Part shown: positions 12,274 to 25,545 of the stretch, in pieces
How the letters are laid out: the number at the start of each line of letters is the position of its first letter
How positions within the stretch are numbered: position 1 is the first letter of the stretch
Assembly (NCBI RefSeq): GCF_008831285.2
Contig: NC_045138.2
Location: 30,442,001 to 30,506,000 of the forward strand
DNA length: 64,000 nt
DNA from: Nymphaea colorata
Lineage: Eukaryota
Reading direction: 5' to 3'
Translations under genes and position numbers: made by a program
Notes under the pieces: model-generated
Databases searched by the model: none
Told to the model about the DNA's origin: nothing
What the model saw: the letters and a program-made list of their open reading frames with translations, nothing else

Positions 12274-13276
12274 CTATGTCACCATCCTTGCTGGCCGATT
12301 AAATTATTGAAGTTTGTGCCCTGTGAACGAGAGAGAAGGACAGAGAGGAGATAGTTTTGACTTGGGGAGGAGGATTGACTCCATTAGAAGAGAACAAAAG
12401 TTCCAAAAAAAAAAAAAATTGAACGAAAGAGAGACAGCCGCTGTTTTGGGGGTGAGAGGAGGGAAAGAGAAAGCGGCAACGAGGACTTCCCTCTCTCTCC
12501 CTCCCCGCGGTCAAAATCTGCCAACGTCGTCACCGTGTGAAGGCGTTGCTGTCCGTGTTGAAAGTGACCCGAAAATGATTCTAGAATAGTCCAAAACCTT
12601 TATTCGTTTTATGGGAACACGCTGAACCTTCGAAATACAGCCTTCAACCGGCTACCGCTTGTATGTAAATCTCAGATAAGTGCTTCGGTCGGTTGAACGC
12701 GGGCTCCAATTTGTCCGGAGTTGAACATGAGTTTAGTTAATAAAATGGCAAAAGTATCCCTTCAAAGCTTTTACAATCATCAAAATGTGAGAACCAGGAA
12801 ACGAGTAAGGAGAAATTGGCATCGATCTCGTCCACTTCTTCTGCTCAATCTACTTGATCAGTTTCGCTAGAGAATCACCTACCAGAACGTTCTTCAAAAT
12901 GGCATTAAATTGTTCAAAACAGGATTTTCAGCATACACTCCCTAAGAAATGAAATGGGTATCCTTCAAAATGCACATTGAAGTGAAGTGGGCATCCTTCA
13001 AACTGCAGATTTTACATACGAAAATCAAGGGGAATCACTGTAAGTTATCCACATATCAAGATGTGGACGACGATAGCAAAACGGCTTCTTTTGGTAGATA
13101 TTAGTGTGATTTTACTCAGTACTGGACCATCTCCACAGATGGTCCATCTCCGGAGAAATATTTTGATTGACTAAAATCGGTAAAATGTACATATCTGAAT
13201 GCTAGGTGCATTTTTCTTTGTAAGTATGAAAAAGTTGAGCTGCTTTTTTGCAAAGTTTACAAAATAAAAAGAGAAG

Positions 13277-13340
<64 letters not shown>

Positions 13341-14746
13341 AAAGGGGACTTGACTGGCCGGTACTACTCCCAATAAGAGCCGGTGAAAGACCGGTGATAT
13401 GCCGACTCACCGATATTGTGGGGCTCTTGAGATGTGGCAGCAGAGAGGCTTGAAACCCGAAGCGGGTGATGTGTTGGGGCCCCGACCACAAGAGAAGCAT
13501 GGGGTGCCCAAAAGTCTAAAATGCCCTCCCAAACAATAAGAATCAAGACTATAAGTTAAAATGATTGATGGTAATATCGAAGGAGGCCCTCCTTCCAATG
13601 GCTAAAAAAGTAATGGGAAATTGACTCGAATCTGCCTGTTTGAATTGAATCGCTTGCTATTCAATTTGGTCCATTTTAAGAATGCCAGGTGTCTCTCAGT
13701 TTGAAGATAATTTTTTAAATATTTTGAAAACTTGTTTTTACATTTTGAATTTATTTTCCAAGATTTTTTTTTTTTAAATTTTGGTCGGGCTGATTTATCT
13801 ATTTAACAAATATGAATCTACCACAAATTTTGAGTTATATTTAAGAAATAGTTATATGTTATTCTATTTGTCAAATAGACTCTTTAAAAGCATTTAGTTA
13901 GTGTTCTACGAACTTCTCCATTTCTTCAAATATATTATCAAACACCTTTTTTTGCTCCCTGTTTAAGATCAGATGATATAAATGACAAGTATAACTTTTC
14001 CAAACTTGGCCATAATCTTGTTAATTAACACAGCAAGACGATCTTGAACTCGATCAACTTTTGAGCCTGTGATTGGGAATCACGGGTCTCATTTAGAGGA
14101 GAATCACAAAGTTTACATGAGGCTATAAATAAAAGTATATGACAATCGAAATCGACTTAATAAACAAATGTGAAGATTAGTAGGTAAGGCATATGTAATA
14201 ACAATAAAACATTGATACACATATCACAGCAACTTTGCTCATTTGGGTACTATGAAAATATGACAAAACCTTCAAATCAGATCTGCATAATATAGATATG
14301 TTAAGCATCAAGGTACGTAGCGTGGCTGCATAAAAGACACGTCATCGGTTCGATTCTCATGGGTATTACTCTTTGGAACTGTAAATCATGAAATCACGAC
14401 ACCACAATTGATAGGTATACCGTACCCCACCCAAGTCCCAATGTCGCACAAAACCCCAAAAACATGAGAAATAAAAAAAAGTTTTTGAGCCTCCTTTTCC
14501 GACAGTGGATTGTTAACCTCGTGTTCACTTAAAATGTAGAGCAGTTAAACCTTGAGTGGACGATGATTCAGTGAACGATGCGGAAGGCATAGCTTCACCA
14601 AATCCACTTGTTGCATACATCATCATGATGATATGGTAGCATCATCGAGCCGAGCCGCTAAATCACGTTTTTCCAAAGGATGTTATCTACAAAGTCTTCT
14701 CACTTTTAGTTGGTCTCTGAAGGGACTTGAGCCGGTTGACTTCAAC

Positions 14747-14797
<51 letters not shown>

Positions 14798-15367
14798 CCC
14801 TTATGTAGTTGCTTTGATGGATGTTGGTGCACCAGCTTAGGCGAGTGGCTCATAAACAGCCGGTTGCTTGCTAGTTTGAGTAGCATGAAATTGAGATGCC
14901 GTGCAGTTGCCAACCTAGGCACCAATGCAGCCCGAAAACAGAAGAGGTAGAGTTTAGAAAATAGCTTAGGTCCGTTCAGGTGGCGGGATTTTCTTCTTCT
15001 CACCCAAAAATCGTTAATAATATTTCTGCATGTAATGTAATTGGATGGGAAGGTTATCTTTGTTGGGAATTAGTTACAGTTTCCCGTCGGGGTCCAAGTG
15101 AGAATTGTCTTATAGTTATGTCGTGAAGTGTGTTTGATGAATTAAGACTTCCCAACATGTGATGTAAATGTTGGGTGGGAGGTTGATTGGAACTTGACCT
15201 GCGGATTTGGTGGATGGATAGGTTTTCCCCCGCTTGTATTATTGAGGCTTCGTGGTACATCAATCAAAAACAAAGGTCTCACCAATTAATGTTGAAAGTA
15301 AAGCACCTTCTTCAAATTTTCCTCAATGTGAACACGGAGTTGCCCACTTACTCTAAAGTCGCCATAA

Positions 15368-15413
<46 letters not shown>

Positions 15414-15950
15414 TTATTATTACTACTACTACTACTATGACTTATGGGGGGATTTTTTTTTTTTAGAGCAACTATTATTGAGAACTGGGAGAAGTTTGTC
15501 TCGTCAAGATTTGTATATGGGAGCATGATAATTTAGTTGGCTGGCGTTCAATTGATTTGATTTCGCTTTTGATTGGGCGTGTTTTTGATTTACTTGTCCT
15601 ATATAAATAGTCCGGTCTTCATTAGATGGCAGCTTCGTTCCTCGTTTTAAAGGTAAGTTGAGATGATTTTCAGGTCAGTTCATGGAAGGAGATAAGTTTG
15701 CTCCGAAAGTAGAATGGCACGATATCTGGGTAAAGTTTTCCTTTTTCATTCAAACACATCCTTACCATCTATCTTTATCTTTCTCGTTTTGTTTGGTAAT
15801 TCACCTTCTTACTAAGTTCAAATGCAAAATTCATTTGCATTTTTATTTTTCCATAAATGCATATGTCTACGCAAACTTGGATCCAGGGGGCAATAAGAAT
15901 GAGAGACCTTCATATCTCTTTTTCAGGCAATGAGTTGTTAACCTGTCAAT

Positions 15951-16021
<71 letters not shown>

Positions 16022-16749
16022 CATGTTTTGAATATGAAAGTCTCAAACACATAGTATTATTTATCTCAAAAGAAGTGTAAAATCGGTCACAGATAAAGAT
16101 GTAACAGGTTCAAGTTCAGGTAGATCCAACCTTGACGGAATCTGATTTGGTCGGATTTAGATTAGACTCAAATTTTTGGATCTATTCTTTAAAATTGTCA
16201 AATTCTAATCCTACTAGCAAAACATCCGATTAATATTTAATCGGGACGGATTTTTGTCGAATGCTATCGGATAAACTCCGATTCAAATTCAATTATGAAA
16301 CTGCATAATCAAAATTCAGTTGGTGAATGGATCCTAATTTCTTTACAAGACTTGAGTAAATCAGATATATATGATCCATTTGTATCCCTAGCTAGAACCC
16401 TGGACTTGAAGAATGTCATTAGACGAGGTGTCTAATGACACCCTGTATCGGTCATTCAATGAAAACACACTCTTAAGTTCAGGAAGTCATTAATTTGATT
16501 CTTCAACATATTGTTACTGTGTCTCCAGAATTTGCATAAAACACTGAAAATGAGACAGATTGATGAGACAGTAATAATGTGTTACTGTTGCCAAATGACC
16601 TTTAAGTATACCTTTGGTATAGTTTAGGAGACGGCGTTTTGAGAACCAATATAGCCGAGAGCGGACCTGATCTAGTTGAAATCTGTTCCACATGGCATGA
16701 ACCCCCTGATCCACTAGCGGCTAGTGTCATACTCAATATGTCGTCGAGT

Positions 16750-16921
16750 AGGGGCGAAGCCAGAAATTTTTCATGAGAGGGCCGAATTAAAGTTTCTAAA
16801 TTTTGACGCGGGTCGAAATATTATTTTTAAAATTTTTTATATAGGATAAGTAAAATTTTTAAAATTTATATATAATTTTTTTTTTAAATTTACACGTGGG
16901 CCCCCCTTGGCTCCGTCCTTG
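16750..16921. mobile_element. MITE, AGGGGCG(A/G)AGCCA terminal family
   Basis: Left end AGGGGCGAAGCCA, right end TGGCTCCGTCCTT, AT-rich core. Related single ends at about 20195-20207, 20789-20803 and 21132-21146. Confidence 0.65.
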
Positions 16922-19511
16922 CCCTCAGTATTCAATCTCCGCAAATCAGCCAATATTAGCCAATGCTCATTTATATATAACAAAAAACTAATTAAAATAA
17001 TAAATTGATAATTTAATATGATTTTTTAAGGCCCACATAGGCTGATATAAAACAATGTGCAATCAAAATGTGAATTGGAGACCGATATTTACAACATTGC
17101 TTTCAAGTGAAAGCCATCTTGATTGTAATTCCGTCCTATAAAATGCACCAACCTTTGCATATTAGGAAAAAATAAAGTTGACTAGAATATACTTTTGGAC
17201 TCTACTAACTTTCTCTTCCTTTTTAAACATGATGATCCAGATTAGCTTGATGCCCATCACAAAGGCAAACATTTTTTGAAGTTATATCTTATTTTCTGTC
17301 ATAAATTTGGTGAGATCCAATATTGCCGTAGCCTACAAGATTCAACTATAATCTTATCATGTCAATAAAATAATAATTGCAAGAGAAAGAAAATAATATT
17401 ATAGAAACTGCATATCTATTTTAATAATTGGGTAAATTCGAAACACTCCAAAGAATGGTCACAGAACAGCCGAGCCAATCATCCGTCTGCTTTGTCATGC
17501 TATGTAGGGTCGTTTCTTGGACGTTGAGTGTACCGTAAGAATAAGCTTCCCTGTTATTACATCACATTGACAAAACATATAAAAATCTTTTATTTCTACT
17601 TAAAGCATTCGAGTTTCATCGTCGCAGGTGGAATACCCTTTTAAAAAACTCCTTATAAAAGAAAAAATAGAATTTAAAAGCATAACCTCTTTAAATATAT
17701 AAAAAATACCTTTATGGTGAAAAAGGCAAAGCCGAAACGACTTCGGTGTTAGAACATATTTCACCGTCGTGGATGAAATGCCGTAACACATGAAAAATGA
17801 TGAAGAGTACATCCAATTCAAATTGTATGCGTTGACATCCGTAGCCGGAATAGACAGGGATGATGGCATGCCAGATTCTCTGAGATTTGTTACAGGTCGA
17901 AGGATGTCTCCATTGATGGAGCCAAGGGTTTTAAGATGACCCTCGCCTTCGCCATCCCCTAGTCAAGTTGTAGGCCACCTCGCCAACAACACTTATGCCC
18001 CACCAGCCTGTGGTCTATCAGCAACTTGACTTCATCTAAGTTTTTTTTTTTTTTTTTTTTTTTAATAGAGGAATTGAAATGAGCTGGTTGCTAGATAACA
18101 AAATATTTAAAAACCATTACTAGAAGTACAATGCAATGTAAACACTAACAACACTTTATGGTACATGGTACAGTGATGGTTTATATTGTTTTTAATAATA
18201 ATTTAAACAACTTTTAAATGTTTAACCATTCAACAACATTGGACAGCTGGTAGATTTCAATTTCCTTATTCATGGTTTCAATTTTTTTTTTGTTGGTTAT
18301 ATTTCCATGAGAAATCAATTTAAAATGCTTTTTTTTTCATAGTCGACTTGAAAAAAATTCTAAAAAGAAAGAGGGTTATATCTTTTAAAGCCAAAACAAA
18401 AAAACTAATGGCACACACCTGAAATTAGGTAGTGATTTGAATAATTCGAAACCTAATCATGTTTGTTTATTATGCTCAAACGTTCGCCATGGTTTTATAA
18501 ATTTATCAAAAGCAATCTTATATACCCTGCTTCGTATTTTTTTTCTTCCCCATTTTGCATTCTTTGATATTATGAAAAGTGAACAGTTTATATGTTATGG
18601 CCCCTTGTTTGAAATGACCAAGATGCCCTTATATCCAAAATAACCTATCTCTAACAAGCACAAAAGTGGAATAAACAAATCATGTGAAATTACAAGAATG
18701 TCCCTCCAGTTATATGAGTCATCACCATGAGACCCCGGTTACTACCTCAAAGACAATTGAAAATTTGTTAATTATATATTTAGTGTCGTATGAAAAAAAA
18801 ATTCTGCCTCTGCTCTTGTTTGGATCTTACCATCCATATAAAAAATAGTTAAAATAGGGATTGCGTTGAAAAAGACTTGGCGGATAAAGATGCCTTTGGG
18901 AAGAATCTTGACAGGTGAGTAACTCTGGTTGATACCTAAGTGCCACTTGTCAATAGAAGGGCACGTCGGTCTTATTTGATGTGCATCGGACTTGCAATGC
19001 GAAAGGAGGCTAAAATATAAAGACATGCATGCATGTTTGGACCAAACGAGTGTTTGTTCCAAACTCCAACCCCTAATTTATAATCATTTAAATGAATCTT
19101 TATCGATGTAATTACAAATTAAACATACTAGATAAACTACAATTATGCAAAAAAACAAGTCTTAAATCTCCTCCATTTCATTTTATTTGCAATTTCACTC
19201 AATTTACATGACGAATGACAGCAGAACAAATAAAAGTCTTAAATCTTGTTCATTTCATTACATATTTGAAATTGCAATCAACAAATCAATGAAAACTTGT
19301 TTGAACTTTTTTTTTTATAGAAAATAGAAGATATTTCACAAGATTGGCCTGGCGGTCGGTACAACACAAATTTGAATTGAACACTTCATGAAGGACGTTG
19401 TATCCAAAGTCACCAGCCATTTAATAACAATGGTCGATTTGAAACAGTTGGATGGTTGAGAAAAAAACAAACAAGAAAACAAATATATGAATTAATACTA
19501 AATAAGAAAAA

Positions 19512-19588
<77 letters not shown>

Positions 19589-22540
19589 TAGACAGGGCAG
19601 GTAGGGTACCAATCTGAACGGCACTCACGTCCACACACAAATTAATATCTTGAAAAAGTAGAGAGAGAAAGAGAGTGCATTTAGCCACTTTCATTATTAA
19701 TCACGACCTTAATAAATATTTAAAAATAAAAAAGAGATGCAGAATTATTTTTCAATACTGGCTATTGTCAACATCCTTTTCTTTTGCGGCCTGTGTGGCC
19801 TAACATCGACAACGCTGTCTTGTAGTTTCAAGCCTTCAATAAATTTGCCAATAAAATCTTTTACCACAAACAACAAGAGGATTTTTGCATATTGTATTTA
19901 TGGAAACAGTCTTTTTGGTTTAACAAATATTTAAGATGTTTATGGTATTTTACACAAGTTTCAGTTGGGGCCATTCTGCTTTAACGAGAATTTTTAAAAG
20001 AGAGGGTGTTGCCTAGGCTCTTTCAATGTGAAGGAGGAAAGATAAAACAAGAAACAAATAATAGTTTCAAAATCTTGAACTGAAATATCAATTTTCAAAA
20101 TTATTATATAAGATAAATATTTTTTAAAAATTTACTTGTAAAATATTTTTTAGATTTTTTTTTTGAAGGGGGCCAGGGCCCTGCCTGCCCCTCCTTGGCT
20201 CCATCCCACTTTCACACCCAGCTTGAGCTGTTACATAATAGATATAAACTATTAAAGTAACTCAAATAATGTAAATAAACTCATAATCGGACTCAGTTGA
20301 TTTTGAAAAAAAACTAAACTTCGAAAATATAAAGGCTGTCAATGGATTGGATTTAAACACATCTAGTTGAGCTGCTTCAAAAAAACGTTACATGTAGAAA
20401 ACAAATTTAATATCCGATGAAATCTAGTCTGATTGGGATTTAAGAATTTGCATCCAACCAAGTTCAGGTTCAAATTCAATTTTAAACAAATATCCGACCA
20501 GATTAAGTTGCAAATTTAATTTTAGATAAATATTCTATACTCAATAGCCGTGCATTTTAAAAGTCATTCTTAACACAACATAATGTGATTTGGATTCATT
20601 TTTGTTTCCAAACATTGAGTTCAATTTCAGATGTAAATTTAAAAGTAAGATTCGGAAATAAAAATTGGATACTCTTTTTTTTTTTTTATATATTGACACC
20701 TTAGAGTAATTTTTCTCATTTACATGTGGATGCTCCTTAAAAATGTAAAATTTGTGTATAGTGCCCCTAAGTCCAGAAATTTCTATTTCTGGCTTCGCCC
20801 CTTAGTATTTCATGAATTCATTGTGTCAGATCATTTAGCATATTGGTATGTAGCATAGACCAATAACAACATATTCTCCATCTTTTTATATCTAAAAGTA
20901 ATTGGAAAAAGCATTGAGGCAGCATTTGATAGACCTGGATCTTGGATCTGATCTAGGATCTGCTAGGAGATATAGGGTTCCATCAAACGCTCTAGATTTT
21001 AAACCATCGAAGGGCCTCAAATTTGAGAATTTCAGATCAGAACAATAGGTTAGGAGTGAACCAGCCCTTTAGCTTTTTATCCCCAACAAACGCTTAGTTT
21101 GCATTTACTATTATTTTTAAGCGAATACGTTCAGGGGCGGAGTTAGAACTTTTTCATTATAAAAGGCTGAACTATATTTTTAAAATTTTAACAAAAGACC
21201 AATATATATTTTTCAAATTTTTATATAGGTTAATCTATAATTTTTAAATTTTAAATGTAAAATTTTAATTTTTTGAAAATCTGAGGTGGGGCGAGCACCC
21301 TTGCCTTAAGTCCAAAAGACAAAACCTTCCATGCCAAAGGTGGGTACATGCTTCCTCAAGATTTTCCAAAAATTCAAAATCATTTTAAAAAAATCTCATC
21401 CACATCTCAAAATTTATAGACAATATGAATATGCCTTTCTTAAATTTTATATAAAACATGAATGGCAGGACTTTTGTTCTCCGTCTCCATTATTGCCATT
21501 AAGTGGTCAAGTCTTTGGAAGATTCCTCACAATTCAAACGATATACATATAAAGGAATTCAATAGACTTTCGTGCCTCCTTAGCAGGCATTTGTCAATAA
21601 GGAAGGCGACGGCCAACGCCACCCATCGGTCAAAAATTCACTCCGATCCACCTTTTTATCTTTTGCCAAAATTGTGACTCTTCAAATTCTATAACATGAT
21701 CGGAAATTGACTAGACTCAGATAGCATGTAATGCCATCAAATTATTATTTGAAATCAGCCGGCTACTTTTATTGCCGGACGTTTATTTTTTATTGTGTAT
21801 CGTAAAGAAACCATTATAAAAAAGTGCCAAGCAATTGACTGTCGCAAATTACAATGATTTTTAGCGACAGAGAAGTAGCCGACTGGTTTTAATTCTTCTA
21901 ACAAAGAAGAAGAAGAAGATGTAAAAAAAGATTAAAAGGAAGAAAACAGGAACAAGAAATTACGATTCTTATTGAAGAGGTTGAAGTTGACTTGTCTACA
22001 TTAGTTTGAAGGCCAAAACCAAGAAGTTGGGTCAAACAAGTTAGCGGAACCACCGACGTCCGCTTCTTGCTAACGGTTCTACGTTAATTCATGCAGTTGC
22101 AGTTGAACCACCAAGTTTTGTACACTAAATATGAATTAATAAAGATGATTCAATAGAATCCTTTAAAAGAAAGATTGATATCAGGATTCTTCCTGGAGCC
22201 AAGCAAATCTGTCCCGAGATGCATACGTTTTTTCACGTGCCATGCACACTGACTAGTTGTTGTGACTCTAAACTTAAGTCACATGGGTACGGGTACGAAA
22301 TGTACGACATGACAATTTAAAAAAAACATGAACATGGGTGTTTACATATGCCTGTGTATTAGATCTGTAAAAAGGTTCTCGTGATTGTCAATCTTTTTTG
22401 ATATGGATGGTTGAGAAAAAAACGAAAAAAAAAGAATATGGGGGCATTTTTTAGTTATCCAATATCAACCAACCAACTTTTTCTGTCTCTTTTATTCTGG
22501 AAGATGAGATGATTATTTTCCGGTATATATGTATGTTCAT

Positions 22541-23086
22541 TAGGCCTAGACATCGGGTCGGATCGAGCCAGGCTGGGTAGCAGGCCACCCTCCTTCCGCT
22601 CATGGCCCTTTTGTAAGCGGTGTCGGGTCAGGCTGGGCAGGGGCAGGCCTGACTTCACTCTCATGGTCGCTGTGTTAAAAAAAATAGGCTTCTTCATTTT
22701 CCAAGCGACTTGTGGACTGCCTCACAACTACAAGTAGGGCAGAGCAGGCATGGTGATGAGCAGGCAGGGCAGGTGTGGTTTGAGGTTTCGACAGTGTCGG
22801 CGGTGCGACAATGACTAGTAGAGCAAGGCAGCAGTCAGCAGTGCCGGTGGCGGTGCTGCGACGATTAGTAGAGCAGGGCAGCAGCGATGAGCAGCACAGG
22901 CACAGTTTTGAACTTTCGATTCAACAAGGTGTCGCGAGTGGCGACAGCAGCTAGTAGTGCGGCAGTACCGGTGATGATGTAGAGACAGCGATCAGTAGTG
23001 CGGCGGTGCCGGTGATGGTGCAGCGACAACAGTCCACAATGGTGTGCAGTGGTGCCGATGGCGGCCCAGCCCAGTGCCTACGCCTA
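22541..23086. mobile_element. Non-autonomous hAT-type element with a GC-rich repetitive interior
   Basis: Left end TAGGCCTAGACATCGGG versus reverse complement of the right end TAGGCGTAGGCACTGGG. Degenerate 8-bp TSD ATGTTCAT (22533-22540) / TTGTTCAC (23087-23094). Confidence 0.65.
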
Positions 23087-23408
23087 TTGTTCACCCAGCC
23101 ATCTAACCAAGGATATTCATCGGATGCAGATGGATAGTTGAGAGAAAAACATAGAGAAAAAAGTGAGAACAAATACTAAATGATGAAATAACCATTATAT
23201 TTTTCTCCTTGTTTTCCTCTTAACCCTCTATCATTATAGATCAGACGATTCTCATTAGATGGTTGAGTGGTGAGTGACTCTAAAAAGGTAGAGTGACCAT
23301 TCAATATATATATATATATATATAAGATCAAATCTTTTGTGCCCACACTGGTGCTTGGATCTAAGTGACTTAGTGGAGAAGTTGGGGGCAGGTTCAAAGT
23401 CTTCAAGG

Positions 23409-23579
23409 CAATAGCAGAGCTACATATGGGTTGATGTGGGCAGTTGCCCACACCCGCCCCTCAATTTTCCTTTATATTTACATTACGTTTTCAAATGTTT
23501 GCTCTGTTATATATGTGAGTGCCTCTTCGTATATGAAAATTTGTAAATGAGTGCTCACATTTTGGTGGCTCTACCACTG
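23409..23579. mobile_element. hAT-type MITE (CAGTGGCGGAGCCA family)
   Basis: TIRs CAATAGCAGAGCTAC / GTGGCTCTACCACTG. 8-bp TSD CTTCAAGG / GTTCAAGG. Confidence 0.75.
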
Positions 23580-23717
23580 GTTCAAGGTCTTGATAAGCTG
23601 GTTATCTTACTTGAAGATGAAAGCTGAATGCCTATGTCACTATTTGATGGAGCCACGATATCCATTTCATGAGGAGCATCATCTCATCCCATTCATTGGT
23701 GTACAAAGAGTAATTAA

Positions 23718-23933
23718 GGGCATGTTTGGGATGCTTAGACACGATATGTGACACTTTGTCTCAGATGAGCTGTCATTGATAGGGAATTCGCTTATCTCAC
23801 TTTTTCTGTCTCCCCTCTTGAAGTGAGGCAAAAATCAATGCTGATAGTGTTTTTCGTTCATTAAAACAAAATGTGAGACAAGTGTCTTTAAAATAGTGTG
23901 ATAGACACCTTGCCTAATCAAACAGGCATGCCC
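23718..23933. mobile_element. Tourist-like (PIF/Harbinger) MITE
   Basis: Ends GGGCATGTTTG ... CAAACAGGCATGCCC, flanked by TAA on both sides. Internal inverted segments TGTCTCA / TGAGACA. Confidence 0.7.
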
Positions 23934-24086
23934 TAAAGATTTGGAGAAATCTCGTTCTGAGTAAGCAAAAGGAATACCTTTCCCCATCCCGTTAGGGGAT
24001 CCAGGCTTGCTTTGGAGGAATCTTATTCATTTTGGCAACATTCAAGTGAATTGAACTTATTGTGGAATCCCAGAAAAATTCTCCAA

Positions 24087-24443
24087 CTATGTCACATGAG
24101 TGCGAAATGCTGGTGCCGGCGTTGCGTATTCCATAAAATTTGGGTGCGATGGTACGGCAAGAGTGCATATATATAATATATTATATATATATATATATAT
24201 ATGTGCATATATTCATAATATATATAATTTTATCTTGTTTTTTTAGCTTAATATATATATTTTTTATTTTCTTATTGTATATAAAGAAAGAAAGGAACAA
24301 AGAGAAGAAAGAAAGAATAGAAAATATTTTGAACATACATAAAAAGCAATGCGGTTGGGGTGTGTCGGAGCTGCACCCGTACCAATACCAGCATCATGTC
24401 GACACGAGTGCGGCTCCTTTCTTAAAGAATTAGTGTGACATAG
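24087..24443. mobile_element. hAT-type MITE
   Basis: Perfect 10-bp TIR CTATGTCACA / TGTGACATAG and perfect 8-bp TSD TTCTCCAA (24079-24086 and 24444-24451). Confidence 0.85.
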
Positions 24444-25545
24444 TTCTCCAAGCACCTTGTTATGTAGTTTGGCTTAAGCCCTTGTAATTCAAAAAAAAGG
24501 TAGGTCTTGACTTGTAATGCACATGCATTCTATCCTTTATGATAAATTAATAATTGACCCCAACAACGATTCATGGTGAATAGTGAAACGATTCATGGTG
24601 AATAATGGCAGAGCCAAAAATTTTTGGTTGAGATGCCTTCAAATCACAAGCCCAAGTTTGATTTGGGCACCCCATGTAATTTTTAAATGCAATTTCGAAA
24701 ATTTTAACCAAACTGCCGACACCAGCTCACCTTTAGCGACGGTTTTCAATCACATGACCTTTGAGTCCATCAGTGTCGTTTCTTTGTACCCACTAGCGGA
24801 GTGTTCTGAGGGCATCTCTTCCTCATCAAATAAACTCGATGGTAATAATTGAATAAGGAAACATGAATGCCTTCTCTTTTATGGAAAGGAATCCCACATT
24901 TTCTTGCCTTGGTTCACACTTCACGCACATGGCAAAGCCCATACTTTTGGACCTTAACAAAAATTTCAACTGAAAATCTGTTGCTTTTGATTTTCAAAAG
25001 TTGCAGCTATTCATCTTTTAGAAAGTAGATTATGTAATAGATTCCAGAGACATGAACACCGTTTGATCTTCAGCTAAATTGATCATGATGAGAACATCTG
25101 CCGTATTATGGTATGATGGAATGACAAGCATAGACCATGATGAGGAAGTGAGACTTTAAGGCATGATGATAGGAGATAATGGGATCTATTGTCTCCTTTT
25201 GGTGCCGGTTGAATGCAGGGTTTTGTGTGCAGGTGTAGTTAGAGCATGAGAATTTCATTTCACATGAGAGTTGATGGGCGTTCATGCTTCCCAAATGTTC
25301 CAAATGTGAAAGTTGGTGAGGCTTGTCGATGATTCATCAAAATGGTCATCAGTTGCATGGTCCTGGCTTTCTTGGTTTAGAGGAACCCTTCTTCGAGCCA
25401 GTACATAGGATTCATGTGCCAAAATCAAGTTGAGGCTTCCCAACATGTTACAAAGATAGAGAAGTAAATCAAGAGACAATCTCATACAATCTCTTCCCCA
25501 TCCTTCCTCCTGCTTCAGAAAAATCTAACAGTATGCCTTCTTGAT

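Noticed and set aside
14305..14360. tRNA gene suggested by the B-box GGTTCGATTC at 14347
   Set aside because: No cloverleaf and no convincing A-box; at most a decayed SINE head.
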